Part shown: positions 38,921-48,699 of the stretch, in pieces
Position numbering within the stretch: position 1 is the stretch's first letter
How the letters are laid out: each line of letters opens with the position of its first letter
The notes under the pieces: model-generated
Database searches by the model: none
What the model was told of the DNA's origin: nothing
The model's input: only the letters and a program-made list of their open reading frames with translations
Assembly: GCA_023145435.1 (NCBI GenBank)
Contig: JAGLDS010000006.1
Span: 19,355-83,354, forward strand
Direction: 5' to 3'
Length of the DNA: 64,000 nucleotides
DNA from: Clostridiales bacterium
GTDB lineage: Bacteria > Bacillota > Clostridia > DUPQ01
Position numbers and translations under genes: made by a program

Positions 38921-41900
38921 CTACTTAGTTACACTAGCTCTAAAAGCTTGTAAATTAGCATCATCTTCATTAAGTCCCTCGTCTATTAACAATTTTATAT
39001 GCTCCGTGATTGCCTTATATTCTATGGGAATAACCTTTACTAGATTTTCCAATGTTTCTTCCCATGCATCAAGTAATCGCTCTGCTAATAAACTACCAGT
39101 GTAATTATAGTGTTTTTTTATCATACTTCGTACAGTATCGGCTTCTTCATTACTAGATATTTCTTCAAGAAGCACCATTTCTTGGTTTACATAATCTTTA
39201 AATGTGTCGTCTCTGTTATATACATAGGCAATTCCACCAGACATACCAGCTGCAAAGTTTCTACCAACAGATCCAAGAACAACAACTTTGCCACCGGTCA
39301 TATACTCACAACCATGGTCGCCAACACCTTCTACAACAGCGTGAACTCCTGAATTTCTAACACAGAAACGTTCTCCTGCAATACCATTAATATATGCCTC
39401 GCCTTTAGTAGCACCATAAAACGCTACATTTCCAATAATAATATTTTCTTCTGCTTTAAAGATTGCTTCGTCAGGGCATTTAACTATAATTTTTCCACCA
39501 GATAAGCCTTTTCCCACATAGTCATTACTATCTCCGTCTAAAATTAATGTCATTCCTGTTGGTATAAATGCACCAAAGCTTTGACCGGCTGATCCTTTTA
39601 AATGTAAAGTAATTGTATCTTCTTTTAGACCCTTATCTGCGTAAATTCGACTTATTTTACTACCAACAAATGTTCCCACATCTCTATCTGTATTTCTAAT
39701 AGGTAAAATTGCTGTTGTTGGTTTACCACTTGCAATTGCATCATGAAGTAAATGGTCTAATATTCTAGCATCAAAAGTTTTATCAATTTTATGATCTTGT
39801 TTTTTTACACGATAATGTTTTGATCCTTCTGGTAATTTTGGAGAATAGAAAACAGAAGATAAATCTAGTTTAGCTGTTTTAAAGTTTTTAGATAAATCTT
39901 TAGTAGTTAAAACGCTTGTTTGACCAACCATATCATTAATAGTTGAAAAACCAAGGCTTGCCATTATTTCTCTCATCTCTTTAGCAATAAAACGCATAAA
40001 ATTTTCAATATATTCAGGTTTCCCATTAAAATTCTTACGAAGTTCAGGATTTTGTGTAGCTACACCTACAGGGCAAGTGTCTAGATTACAAACTCTCATC
40101 ATGACACAGCCAATAGCTATTAATGGAGCGGTTGAAAAACCAAATTCCTCAGCACCTAATAAGGTTGCAATAACAACATCTCTTCCAGTCATTAACTTAC
40201 CGTCAGTTTCTAATTTTACTCTATCACGTAAATTGTTTAATATTAATGTTTGGTTAGTTTCGGCTAATCCTAGTTCCCAAGGTAGACCTGTATGTTTCAT
40301 GCTAGTTCTAGGAGCAGCACCTGTTCCGCCATCATAACCAGAAATTAAAATAACATCAGCTTTTCCCTTAGCCACACCTGCTGCAATGGTTCCAACACCA
40401 ACTTCTGATACTAATTTAACATTAATCTCAGCTTGGGAATTAGCCATTTTTAAATCGTGTATTAATTGAGATAAATCTTCAATTGAATATATATCATGAT
40501 GAGGTGGAGGAGAAATTAATCCTACACCAGGTGTAGATAATCTAGCTTTTGCAATCCATGGATAAACTTTTTTCCCAGGTAGTTGACCGCCTTCTCCAGG
40601 TTTTGCACCTTGTGCCATTTTAATTTGTATTTCTTGGGAATTAACTAAATAGTGACTAGTAACACCAAAACGACCAGAAGCAACTTGCTTAATGGCAGAA
40701 CATCTAGAATCACCGTTACTATCATTAATGAACCGATCTACAATTTCACCACCTTCGCCTGTATTGCTTTTACCGTGTAATCGGTTCATTGCAATGGCCA
40801 AAGTCTCATGGGTTTCTTGTGAAATGGAACCATAGGACATAGCTCCTGTTTTAAAACGTTTAACAATGTCATCAATACTTTCTACTTTCTCTAAAGGAAT
40901 AGGGTCATTTGGAGAATTAAAATCCATAAGACTTCGTAAAGTAGCGCGACTTTCTTGGTTTATTAAATTTGAATATTGTGTAAATTGTTCATATTTTCCA
41001 GAACGACAAGCCATTTGTAGTAAATGGATAGTTTTAGGATTATATAAATGGTATTCGCCATTACTTCTATAGCGGTAATCTCCACCTACATCTAATTGGA
41101 AATTTTTCCTATACATATGGTAAGTGTTCTTATGACGCATAATTACTTCTTTAGCAATATCCTCTAAAGACATTCCTTTTATTCTAGAAGGTGTGCCTGT
41201 AAAGTATGTTTTAATTACTTTCTCAGAAATTCCTAGTGCTTCAAATATTTGAGCACCTTGATAACTTAATAAGGTTGAAATTCCCATTTTAGACATAACT
41301 TTTACAATACCTGTGGTAATAGCTTTAACAATGTTTTTTTCAGCTTGTTTTAAGGTAATATCACCTAGCAAGGTTTTTTTATGTAATTGTTTAACACTTT
41401 CAAAAGCTAAATAAGGATTTATTGCAGAAGCTCCATAACCTATTAATACTGCAAAATGATGAACTTCTCTTGGTTCACCAGATTGCACAATAATTGAAAC
41501 TCTAGTTCTCTTTCCTGTTTTAATTAAATGGTGATGTAAACCACTAGCTGCAAGTAAAGCGGGTATAGGAGCTTTTATTGCATTACATGATTTATCGGAT
41601 AAAATCAAAATATTGGCATTTTCTTCTATGGCTTGGTCAGCTTTATCAAATAATCTATAAAGAGCTTCTTTTAAACCTTCACCACTTTCATCAGGAGTGA
41701 AAACAGTGGGTAATGTTGCAGATTTAAAACCTTCTTCTTGAATATATTCTAGTTTATGTAATTGCTCGTTAGTTAATATGGGACCATCTATTTTAATTTG
41801 TCTAACACTTTTTTCTTCTGCCTGTAAAAGATTTTGCTGTGAACCAATATACATTTCAGTACCAGTTACAATTTCTTCTCTAATGGCATCTATTGGTGGA

Positions 41901-43480
41901 TTTGTTACTTGAGCAAATAATTGTTTAAAATAGTTGTATAGCATTTGTGGTTTATCACTTAATACTGCTAAAGGAGCATCATTTCCCATTGCACCAATTG
42001 ATTCTTTACCAGTTGCTGCCATGGTTTTTAATAGAATGGTTACATCTTCATAGGTATAACCAAAAGCACATTGCAATTTATTTAGATTTATAATTTTTTC
42101 ATTATTTAAAGGTTTAAAAGGAATTAGTTTATCAATGGTTTTCATATTATCTTTTAGCCAAGTTCCATATGGCTTTTCAGTAGCAATTTCTTTTTTTAAT
42201 TCTTCATCGCCAATAATACACCCTTTTTCTGTGTCAACTAATAGCATTCTACCTGGTCGAAGACGCTCTTTATAAAGGATTTCATCTTCTTCTAGATCTA
42301 ATACTCCTACCTCAGATGCAAGGATTAGTGTATTGTCTGTTGTAACGTAATATCTAGATGGACGTAATCCATTTCTATCTAAAACAGCACCAACAATTTT
42401 TCCATCACTAAACACAATAGATGCAGGACCATCCCATGGCTCCATTAAACAAGAATGAAACTCATAGAAGTCTTTTTTATACTTAGGCATGATTTTGCTT
42501 TTTGACCATGGTTCAGGAATCATCATCATAGCTGAATGAGCTAGTGAACGACCTGATAGATGTAAAAATTCCATGGAGTTATCAAACATAGCAGAGTCAG
42601 AACCTTCAGAATTAATAATGGGATATACTTTAGTTAAATCATCTCCGAAAATTTTTGAATCTAACATAGATTTCCTAGCATTTACCCAGTTTACATTTCC
42701 ATGAAGTGTATTAATTTCCCCATTATGAATAATATATCTATTTGGATGAGCTCGCTCCCAACTTGGAAAAGTATTTGTTGAATATCTTGAATGGACTAAA
42801 GCAATTGCTGATTTAACGGATGGATGGGTAAGGTCTTTATAAAAAGCACCTACTTGATCTGCTAGAAGCATTCCTTTATATACAATAGTACGAGAAGATA
42901 AAGATGATATATAAAAAGAGTCAATTTTTTCTCTTTTTAGTGTATTTTCTGTTTGTTTTCTAATTATATATAGTTTTCTTTCCATATCCATCTCATTATT
43001 TATGTTACTTTTACTACCGATAAAAGCTTGCATAATATATGGCATACATTTATATGCTTCAGGACCAAGGCAAGTATATTCTAATGGAAGTGAACGCCAA
43101 CCCAAGAAAGTTTGTCCCTCGTTGGCAACTGCTTGTTCGAAAATATATTGACAGTGTTGACGAAGTTCAATATCTTGTGGGAAAAAGAACATACCTACTC
43201 CATATTTTCCTTGTTTAGGAAGAGAAAACTTCATTTGCTTGGCAACTTTTTTAAAAAACACATGAGGTATTTGAATTAAAATTCCAGCACCATCACCAGA
43301 GTTTTCGTCAGAACCACTGGCTCCACGATGCTCTAAGTTAATAAGGATTTGTAGGGCTTTAGAAACCACCTTATGTGAACGTCGCCCATCTATATTAACA
43401 ACAGCACCAATCCCGCATGCATCATGTTCGTTTTTTGGATTATATAAACCTTGTTTGTGTGGATAACCATTTGTAACCAT
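38921..43480 (-). CDS. gltB: Glutamate synthase large subunit
   Basis: EHDACGIG, HSRYSTNTFPSW, AQGAKPGEGGQLPG, CVMMRVCNLDTCP. Confidence 0.98.
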   Translation of the reverse strand: MVTNGYPHKQGLYNPKNEHDACGIGAVVNIDGRRSHKVVSKALQILINLEHRGASGSDENSGDGAGILIQIPHVFFKKVAKQMKFSLPKQGKYGVGMFFFPQDIELRQHCQYIFEQAVANEGQTFLGWRSLPLEYTCLGPEAYKCMPYIMQAFIGSKSNINNEMDMERKLYIIRKQTENTLKREKIDSFYISSLSSRTIVYKGMLLADQVGAFYKDLTHPSVKSAIALVHSRYSTNTFPSWERAHPNRYIIHNGEINTLHGNVNWVNARKSMLDSKIFGDDLTKVYPIINSEGSDSAMFDNSMEFLHLSGRSLAHSAMMMIPEPWSKSKIMPKYKKDFYEFHSCLMEPWDGPASIVFSDGKIVGAVLDRNGLRPSRYYVTTDNTLILASEVGVLDLEEDEILYKERLRPGRMLLVDTEKGCIIGDEELKKEIATEKPYGTWLKDNMKTIDKLIPFKPLNNEKIINLNKLQCAFGYTYEDVTILLKTMAATGKESIGAMGNDAPLAVLSDKPQMLYNYFKQLFAQVTNPPIDAIREEIVTGTEMYIGSQQNLLQAEEKSVRQIKIDGPILTNEQLHKLEYIQEEGFKSATLPTVFTPDESGEGLKEALYRLFDKADQAIEENANILILSDKSCNAIKAPIPALLAASGLHHHLIKTGKRTRVSIIVQSGEPREVHHFAVLIGYGASAINPYLAFESVKQLHKKTLLGDITLKQAEKNIVKAITTGIVKVMSKMGISTLLSYQGAQIFEALGISEKVIKTYFTGTPSRIKGMSLEDIAKEVIMRHKNTYHMYRKNFQLDVGGDYRYRSNGEYHLYNPKTIHLLQMACRSGKYEQFTQYSNLINQESRATLRSLMDFNSPNDPIPLEKVESIDDIVKRFKTGAMSYGSISQETHETLAIAMNRLHGKSNTGEGGEIVDRFINDSNGDSRCSAIKQVASGRFGVTSHYLVNSQEIQIKMAQGAKPGEGGQLPGKKVYPWIAKARLSTPGVGLISPPPHHDIYSIEDLSQLIHDLKMANSQAEINVKLVSEVGVGTIAAGVAKGKADVILISGYDGGTGAAPRTSMKHTGLPWELGLAETNQTLILNNLRDRVKLETDGKLMTGRDVVIATLLGAEEFGFSTAPLIAIGCVMMRVCNLDTCPVGVATQNPELRKNFNGKPEYIENFMRFIAKEMREIMASLGFSTINDMVGQTSVLTTKDLSKNFKTAKLDLSSVFYSPKLPEGSKHYRVKKQDHKIDKTFDARILDHLLHDAIASGKPTTAILPIRNTDRDVGTFVGSKISRIYADKGLKEDTITLHLKGSAGQSFGAFIPTGMTLILDGDSNDYVGKGLSGGKIIVKCPDEAIFKAEENIIIGNVAFYGATKGEAYINGIAGERFCVRNSGVHAVVEGVGDHGCEYMTGGKVVVLGSVGRNFAAGMSGGIAYVYNRDDTFKDYVNQEMVLLEEISSNEEADTVRSMIKKHYNYTGSLLAERLLDAWEETLENLVKVIPIEYKAITEHIKLLIDEGLNEDDANLQAFRASVTK

Positions 43481-43537
43481 TAGTCATTTTCCCTTTCATA
43501 ATTGCACAAAATGCAATATCGGTATAAAGTGAATTGT

Positions 43538-43566
43538 ATTATACCATTTAAAAAAGATGTAATCAA
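43538..43566 (-). promoter_or_regulatory. Sigma-A promoter of gltBD
   Basis: Minus strand TTGATT-N17-TATAAT with extended TG. Confidence 0.6.
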
Positions 43567-43666
43567 TGAAATAAACATAAAATATGCAAGATTGATGTAG
43601 TTGAACTTGCAAAAATATTAAAAATGAAAGATGAAAATATTTTTATGACATAATATTAGATAAGTA

Positions 43667-44416
43667 TTATTTAGTTTCAAGCATATCGACCCAGTCTGCC
43701 AATGTATAAACAAAACCATTCTTAAGAGCAGTTATCCATAACCCATATTCTTTATGACCTTGTATCTTTGCTGATTCTTTGTTTTCAACTGCTGTTATAC
43801 ATTCTTTGATTGTGGAGCAAATAAAACCACGACTAGACATTTCATTCATATTTCCAGGAGAAAATTGTAAACACCAATTAATTGCAAAACCAACATATAT
43901 AAGATGATTTATTCCATCTTCTAAGCATTGTTTGTGAAGTTGTTCGCCATTATATACTATGGGTTCTAAGGCATTAATTAATAAAGGAGACCTACCTTTT
44001 TTTATAATATCGTCTATATTATGTTTCCCAGGGAATACATTATTATTTTTAAAAGAAGATAATTGTTTGAACACAGTATCTTTAGTAGGAATTGGTAACT
44101 TAGTAATTGGCGTTTTTTGTTCATCAGCCATGTGATAAATTTTTATATGATTATTTCTACATAAAGTTAGTAATTGTGGTAATTGATTATTAATAATAGA
44201 TTGTGCTCTATTTAAATACTCAACTGCCCTATAACTACCTGGATAAGTTTCGATTTTTAAAGGATCCCAAATATGCATTAATATAATAGCTGTTTTTTCA
44301 AGATTAATGGGTAATGATTTTTTCTGCCATCCACCATATCCTTCACCTGGATATTGAAGGGAATAATCAGCGTCAAATTGTTGATAATATTCTGTTGGAA
44401 TTTGTTGTGTTTTCAT
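43667..44416 (-). CDS. Isochorismatase/cysteine hydrolase-like protein
   Basis: EKTAIILMHIW and HLIYVGFAINWCL resemble the cysteine hydrolase fold motifs. Confidence 0.55.
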   Translation of the reverse strand: MKTQQIPTEYYQQFDADYSLQYPGEGYGGWQKKSLPINLEKTAIILMHIWDPLKIETYPGSYRAVEYLNRAQSIINNQLPQLLTLCRNNHIKIYHMADEQKTPITKLPIPTKDTVFKQLSSFKNNNVFPGKHNIDDIIKKGRSPLLINALEPIVYNGEQLHKQCLEDGINHLIYVGFAINWCLQFSPGNMNEMSSRGFICSTIKECITAVENKESAKIQGHKEYGLWITALKNGFVYTLADWVDMLETK

Positions 44417-44448
44417 AGTATGATTATATCATTAATGAAGGGATAAAA

Positions 44449-45588
44449 ATGATGAAATCAAAAGATAAATTATTACAAGCAATAAAAGGCGAAAGCATAG
44501 GAAAAATTCCAATTAGTATTTATTTTAATAGAAATCTTAGAATTTTAAATTATGATCTAACTAAGTTAGAGCAAACTGTAAAAGCTTATCTTTCGTTAGG
44601 TTGTGAACCTGTGATTGATGTTGAGATACCACAACCTGAATTACATAAAGAAGTTACTGTGAAGATATATGAAGAGTTTCCTAAGAATGAAAAATATCCA
44701 ATTATATATAAAGAGTATCAAACGCCAGGTGGTTTACTAAGACAAGGTGAGAAAAAAACACCTGACTGGATGTTTGGTATGGATATTCCCCATCCTGGGA
44801 ATGACGAGACTACATCTAATATATATGAACCATTAATCAAAGATGATAAAGATGTGGATAAATTAGCATTTTTATGGCAAAAACCATCTAGTGAACAAAT
44901 AGAAAAAGTACGTAAAAGAAATGAAGAAAAATTTGCTATTGCCAACAAATATGGAGTGTTAACAAGAACTACTGTTGGTCAAGGATTAGCTACACCAATG
45001 TTTTTTATTGGTGCTCAGAATTTAGTGTATTTTTCATATGATGAAGAAAAGGCTTTTCATAAATTAGCTTTAATGGAAAAAGATGTGGTTTTTGAAAGAA
45101 TAAAAATTGCCAAAGACTATGGTGTGGATTTATTAAAACGCTTTGGCGGATATGAACAAACTAACTTTTTTACACCTAAACAATATGATGATCATGTTGT
45201 TGATTATCTTAAAGAAACTGTTAAAGAAGCTCATAAATATGATTTACCAATTTACTATCGTGTAGTAACAGGAATGAAACCACTATTATCGAAAATTGCT
45301 TCATTAGGATTTGATATTGTAGAAGGATTTGAGCCAGAACTATCAGATTGTTCAAATCAAGAGATACATGATGCTTTTAAAGATAAAGCTTGTGTTTGGA
45401 CAGGAGTTAGTTCTCCTATTTGTTTAGGATATAAAAATGATCAGAAAGTTAGAGAAGCGGTTAGAGAGAGTATGGAGATATTTAAAGACACACCATTTAT
45501 ATTAGGTGTAACAAATAGTATTCGTAATCATTGGTCATTTGATAATACTTTAGCTATGATTGATGAATATAAAAAGCTAATTAGATAA
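44449..45588 (+). CDS. Uroporphyrinogen decarboxylase/methyltransferase-family TIM barrel protein
   Basis: SKDKLLQAI N-terminus, YQTPGGLL, VWTGVS, FILG..NSI, NTLAMIDE C-terminus. Confidence 0.65.
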   Translation: MMKSKDKLLQAIKGESIGKIPISIYFNRNLRILNYDLTKLEQTVKAYLSLGCEPVIDVEIPQPELHKEVTVKIYEEFPKNEKYPIIYKEYQTPGGLLRQGEKKTPDWMFGMDIPHPGNDETTSNIYEPLIKDDKDVDKLAFLWQKPSSEQIEKVRKRNEEKFAIANKYGVLTRTTVGQGLATPMFFIGAQNLVYFSYDEEKAFHKLALMEKDVVFERIKIAKDYGVDLLKRFGGYEQTNFFTPKQYDDHVVDYLKETVKEAHKYDLPIYYRVVTGMKPLLSKIASLGFDIVEGFEPELSDCSNQEIHDAFKDKACVWTGVSSPICLGYKNDQKVREAVRESMEIFKDTPFILGVTNSIRNHWSFDNTLAMIDEYKKLIR

Positions 45589-47214
45589 AATTTCTTCTAA
45601 AGGTGTAACTCCACCATGAATTTCAATTTGAGTGTAAGGACGATAGTAGCTATCTGCTACCTTTTCTTCACTAATCTTAACTTCGTTTTGATATATTTCT
45701 CTAAAAGTTATTATGTGATATCCTAATTTACCATATTGGGTTATTTCCACATAGTCGTCAGATTTTGTTTCGTCATATTCTATTTCGGTGACAAAAGGGC
45801 GTTCTTCAATTATTTCATGGTAATAAAGATAAGATATATCAGATGCTTTATCAGTTCCAATAAACTTAAAAGTAATTGTTTGTGCTTTGATTACTTCATC
45901 TTCGTTATTTTCATCATACCTTACATCGTTAACCTCTACTTCGATTTTTAGTGGCCATTTGGTTGAATTAACAAATCCAAAATCTTGTGAACCAAAGGAA
46001 ACAGCTGCATCTTGACCAAGAGGGACGTAACCTACTGTAAATTGATGATTACTTCTTTCAATGATATCTAAGTTATATTCAAGTGCAGTGTTATATAGGG
46101 TAGAAGATACTTGGCATATTCCACCGCCTATACCATCTATAACTTCGCCATTATAATATACATGAGCAACTTGATAACCCTTTTCTTCACTTCTAACACC
46201 AACAACTTCATTAAATGAAAACGCATCACCAGGTGCTAATACTAAACCGTTGATTTCATTAGCTGCTAATGAAATGTTTATACTTCTATTAAAATTGTTT
46301 TCACTGGTTATTGAAAAAGTGGTTTTATAAGTAGACAATTCATCTTTAAACAATTCTTCATATAATTCACTGGCATAAAGCAATGGATAAACAGGTTCAA
46401 TAACAACTGTAAAATCTTTGTATTTTGTAAGCAATGTATCAACATACTTTTTATTAATAGTTTTACCAATTTTTTCTTTTACCACAGAAACAATATTATT
46501 ATTATATGTATAAATAGCATTAATAGCTTTTTTATGAACTAAATTATAAATTCTATTTGATGTAACTGTAAAAGGAAACTGTTCATTGTGTTCTATGGTG
46601 ATAAATGAACTGTCTAAAGAAAGTATATGTTCTTTAATGTTATCAAGTAATGATTGTTCTATTACTTTGATTTCACTTTGACCAATATGAACTATGACTC
46701 GATCGCTATATACATTTATATAACTTTCATCAAGCTTACGTTCAATATCGCTTTTTAAAATACCAACTATTTCAATTATTTTTTCAAAGTCATAACTTGT
46801 AATTGATGAGTAATAAACAGGACTAGATTTGATTAAGTAATTAATAATACGTTTTAATTTATTTCCAGTGCGTCCTAATTGATATGCATTATTAATAGCA
46901 ATCTCATTATCATATGTATACGATGTATCTGCTAATATAAAGGTTTTATCATAATCACCCCATGTAAAATTAAGAGGGATATTATCATATATACCACTAT
47001 TATATTCATTCACTTTATTAGTAGCTTGTTTCTTTGTTAAACCACCAACATAGACATTATCAACATAAACATTATCTCTTATGGTCTCTTTTTCTAATTG
47101 TAAATTAACATAAGACAAACCAAAGTAACCTAGGACACCTATTAGAAGGAGAAGAAGAATTAAGATGATTCCTGAAATATTCCCTTTTTTGTTGTTTTTA
47201 ACTTTAGTTTTCAA
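45577..47214 (-). CDS. VanW-family protein (PG-binding, VanW and G5-like domains)
   Basis: N-terminal TM; FSFNEVVG, GGGICQVSSTLYN, YVPLGQDAAV. Confidence 0.9.
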   Translation of the reverse strand: MKTKVKNNKKGNISGIILILLLLLIGVLGYFGLSYVNLQLEKETIRDNVYVDNVYVGGLTKKQATNKVNEYNSGIYDNIPLNFTWGDYDKTFILADTSYTYDNEIAINNAYQLGRTGNKLKRIINYLIKSSPVYYSSITSYDFEKIIEIVGILKSDIERKLDESYINVYSDRVIVHIGQSEIKVIEQSLLDNIKEHILSLDSSFITIEHNEQFPFTVTSNRIYNLVHKKAINAIYTYNNNIVSVVKEKIGKTINKKYVDTLLTKYKDFTVVIEPVYPLLYASELYEELFKDELSTYKTTFSITSENNFNRSINISLAANEINGLVLAPGDAFSFNEVVGVRSEEKGYQVAHVYYNGEVIDGIGGGICQVSSTLYNTALEYNLDIIERSNHQFTVGYVPLGQDAAVSFGSQDFGFVNSTKWPLKIEVEVNDVRYDENNEDEVIKAQTITFKFIGTDKASDISYLYYHEIIEERPFVTEIEYDETKSDDYVEITQYGKLGYHIITFREIYQNEVKISEEKVADSYYRPYTQIEIHGGVTPLEEILSN

Positions 47215-47321
47215 TAATATACTCCTATACCTTTAGCCAATTAGCAAAAGTTATTATACAATAGAATACCATAAATATAAATGGCTTAAAGGCGAGAAAA
47301 AGAATATTATTAAAAATTGAA

Positions 47322-48110
47322 TTAACACCACGTACAAGGGACTAAGCGTTCTTTATAATGAGCGCTACCATGTGTACCACCTGACCCATCTAATTTGTCT
47401 TGTTGACCATGATCTGCAAGTAGAATTATTCCATACCCTAATTTGTTAAGAATGGGAATAATATTTGATAACATTTCATCTGTTTTTATAAGCATTGGAA
47501 TTACTTTTTTAGATGATGGACCAACAGCATGAAATACTGTATCTATAGTTCCTAATTGAGCAATTATATAATCAGGTGATTTTTCAAGTAAATCTATCAT
47601 TGTATTATAAAACCCATCATCCCATTTTATATCTTTTGAAGGGTCAGGATAAATAGTTGGTATTTTTGAATACCTAGCTAATAAATTAGCACCTGTATAT
47701 TCTTTCCTTCCAACTCCTGCACTTGATTTCTTGTTTTCATGTAATACATCAAATATTGTTTCACATTTTAATATACTATTTAAATTTTCACCTCCGTGCA
47801 CTTTTAGAGTCGTACCTGTAATCATTGTAGAAAAATTTACAGGTGTAATTGTAGGCATTACGGAACTAACGACTATACTATTTTTATCATGTAATGAAGC
47901 TAAATAAGGCATTACATGCTTCCATTTAGTATATATATCATAACCAAATGCATCCATTACAAGTAGGCATACCTTATTATATTTATTTAAGTCGTCTTTT
48001 ATTTCTTTGATTACATCTCCAACACTTTCTAAAGGTTCTCGAATATTCATAATACTACATACAGTTGGGGCAATATCTACCATGTTATATATTTTTTCAA
48101 AATTTATCAT
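47322..48110 (-). CDS. Alkaline phosphatase-superfamily protein
   Basis: LLVMDAFG, PTITPVNFSTMITG, DTVFH, LADHG, THG. Confidence 0.75.
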   Translation of the reverse strand: MINFEKIYNMVDIAPTVCSIMNIREPLESVGDVIKEIKDDLNKYNKVCLLVMDAFGYDIYTKWKHVMPYLASLHDKNSIVVSSVMPTITPVNFSTMITGTTLKVHGGENLNSILKCETIFDVLHENKKSSAGVGRKEYTGANLLARYSKIPTIYPDPSKDIKWDDGFYNTMIDLLEKSPDYIIAQLGTIDTVFHAVGPSSKKVIPMLIKTDEMLSNIIPILNKLGYGIILLADHGQQDKLDGSGGTHGSAHYKERLVPCTWC

Positions 48111-48198
48111 TATATAATCCTCCTATAAAATAATTACTATACTTAAAATATTACTATAAAATGGATGATAAATAAACAAAAAAATAGCGAGTAAAAAG

Positions 48199-48562
48199 AT
48201 GAATAATTTTAATAAAAAAGTATTTTTTCTCATTGGTTGATAGTGTAGTCAATGATAGACGAGGAGAAGTAGTGTTATGTATTATAAAGAATCAAAAGGC
48301 AATTGCCATTAGAAGTAGAGAATATCCAGAGGGAGTATTTAGAATTCCTACTGGTGGTATAAACTATGGAGAAGATACAAATGGTAACTTATTAGTAGAT
48401 GCTCTTGAAGATGAGGTTAGTGAAGTAAAGTTATGTAAAAAGGAGCAACTAAAGGAAATTGCTAACCATCTATTAGGATTAAACTCATACTGGGATGACT
48501 GGGGACAATTTAGATATGAAACTACTATTTTTGCTTATAATTCGTTAAAAAACAAAATTTAA
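48199..48562 (+). pseudogene. Decayed NUDIX hydrolase gene
   Basis: ATG 48199 runs out of frame after 13 codons; the downstream frame has RIPTGGINYGED but lacks the REUXEEXG half of the Nudix box. Confidence 0.6.
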
Positions 48563-48699
48563 TGATTTTCATACTATATATAAGTTATTTACAGTTTATT
48601 TATACCATATAATATGTTAAAATGTCTTGTAGTTATTAATAGCGCTTATTTTATTATGCTTAAGCGTAAAACATAGAATAATATAAAAGGAGATTTACT

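Noticed and set aside
45577-47214. VanW gene as evidence of vancomycin resistance
   Set aside because: VanW-domain proteins are common in Clostridia and no vanHAX or vanRS genes are present.
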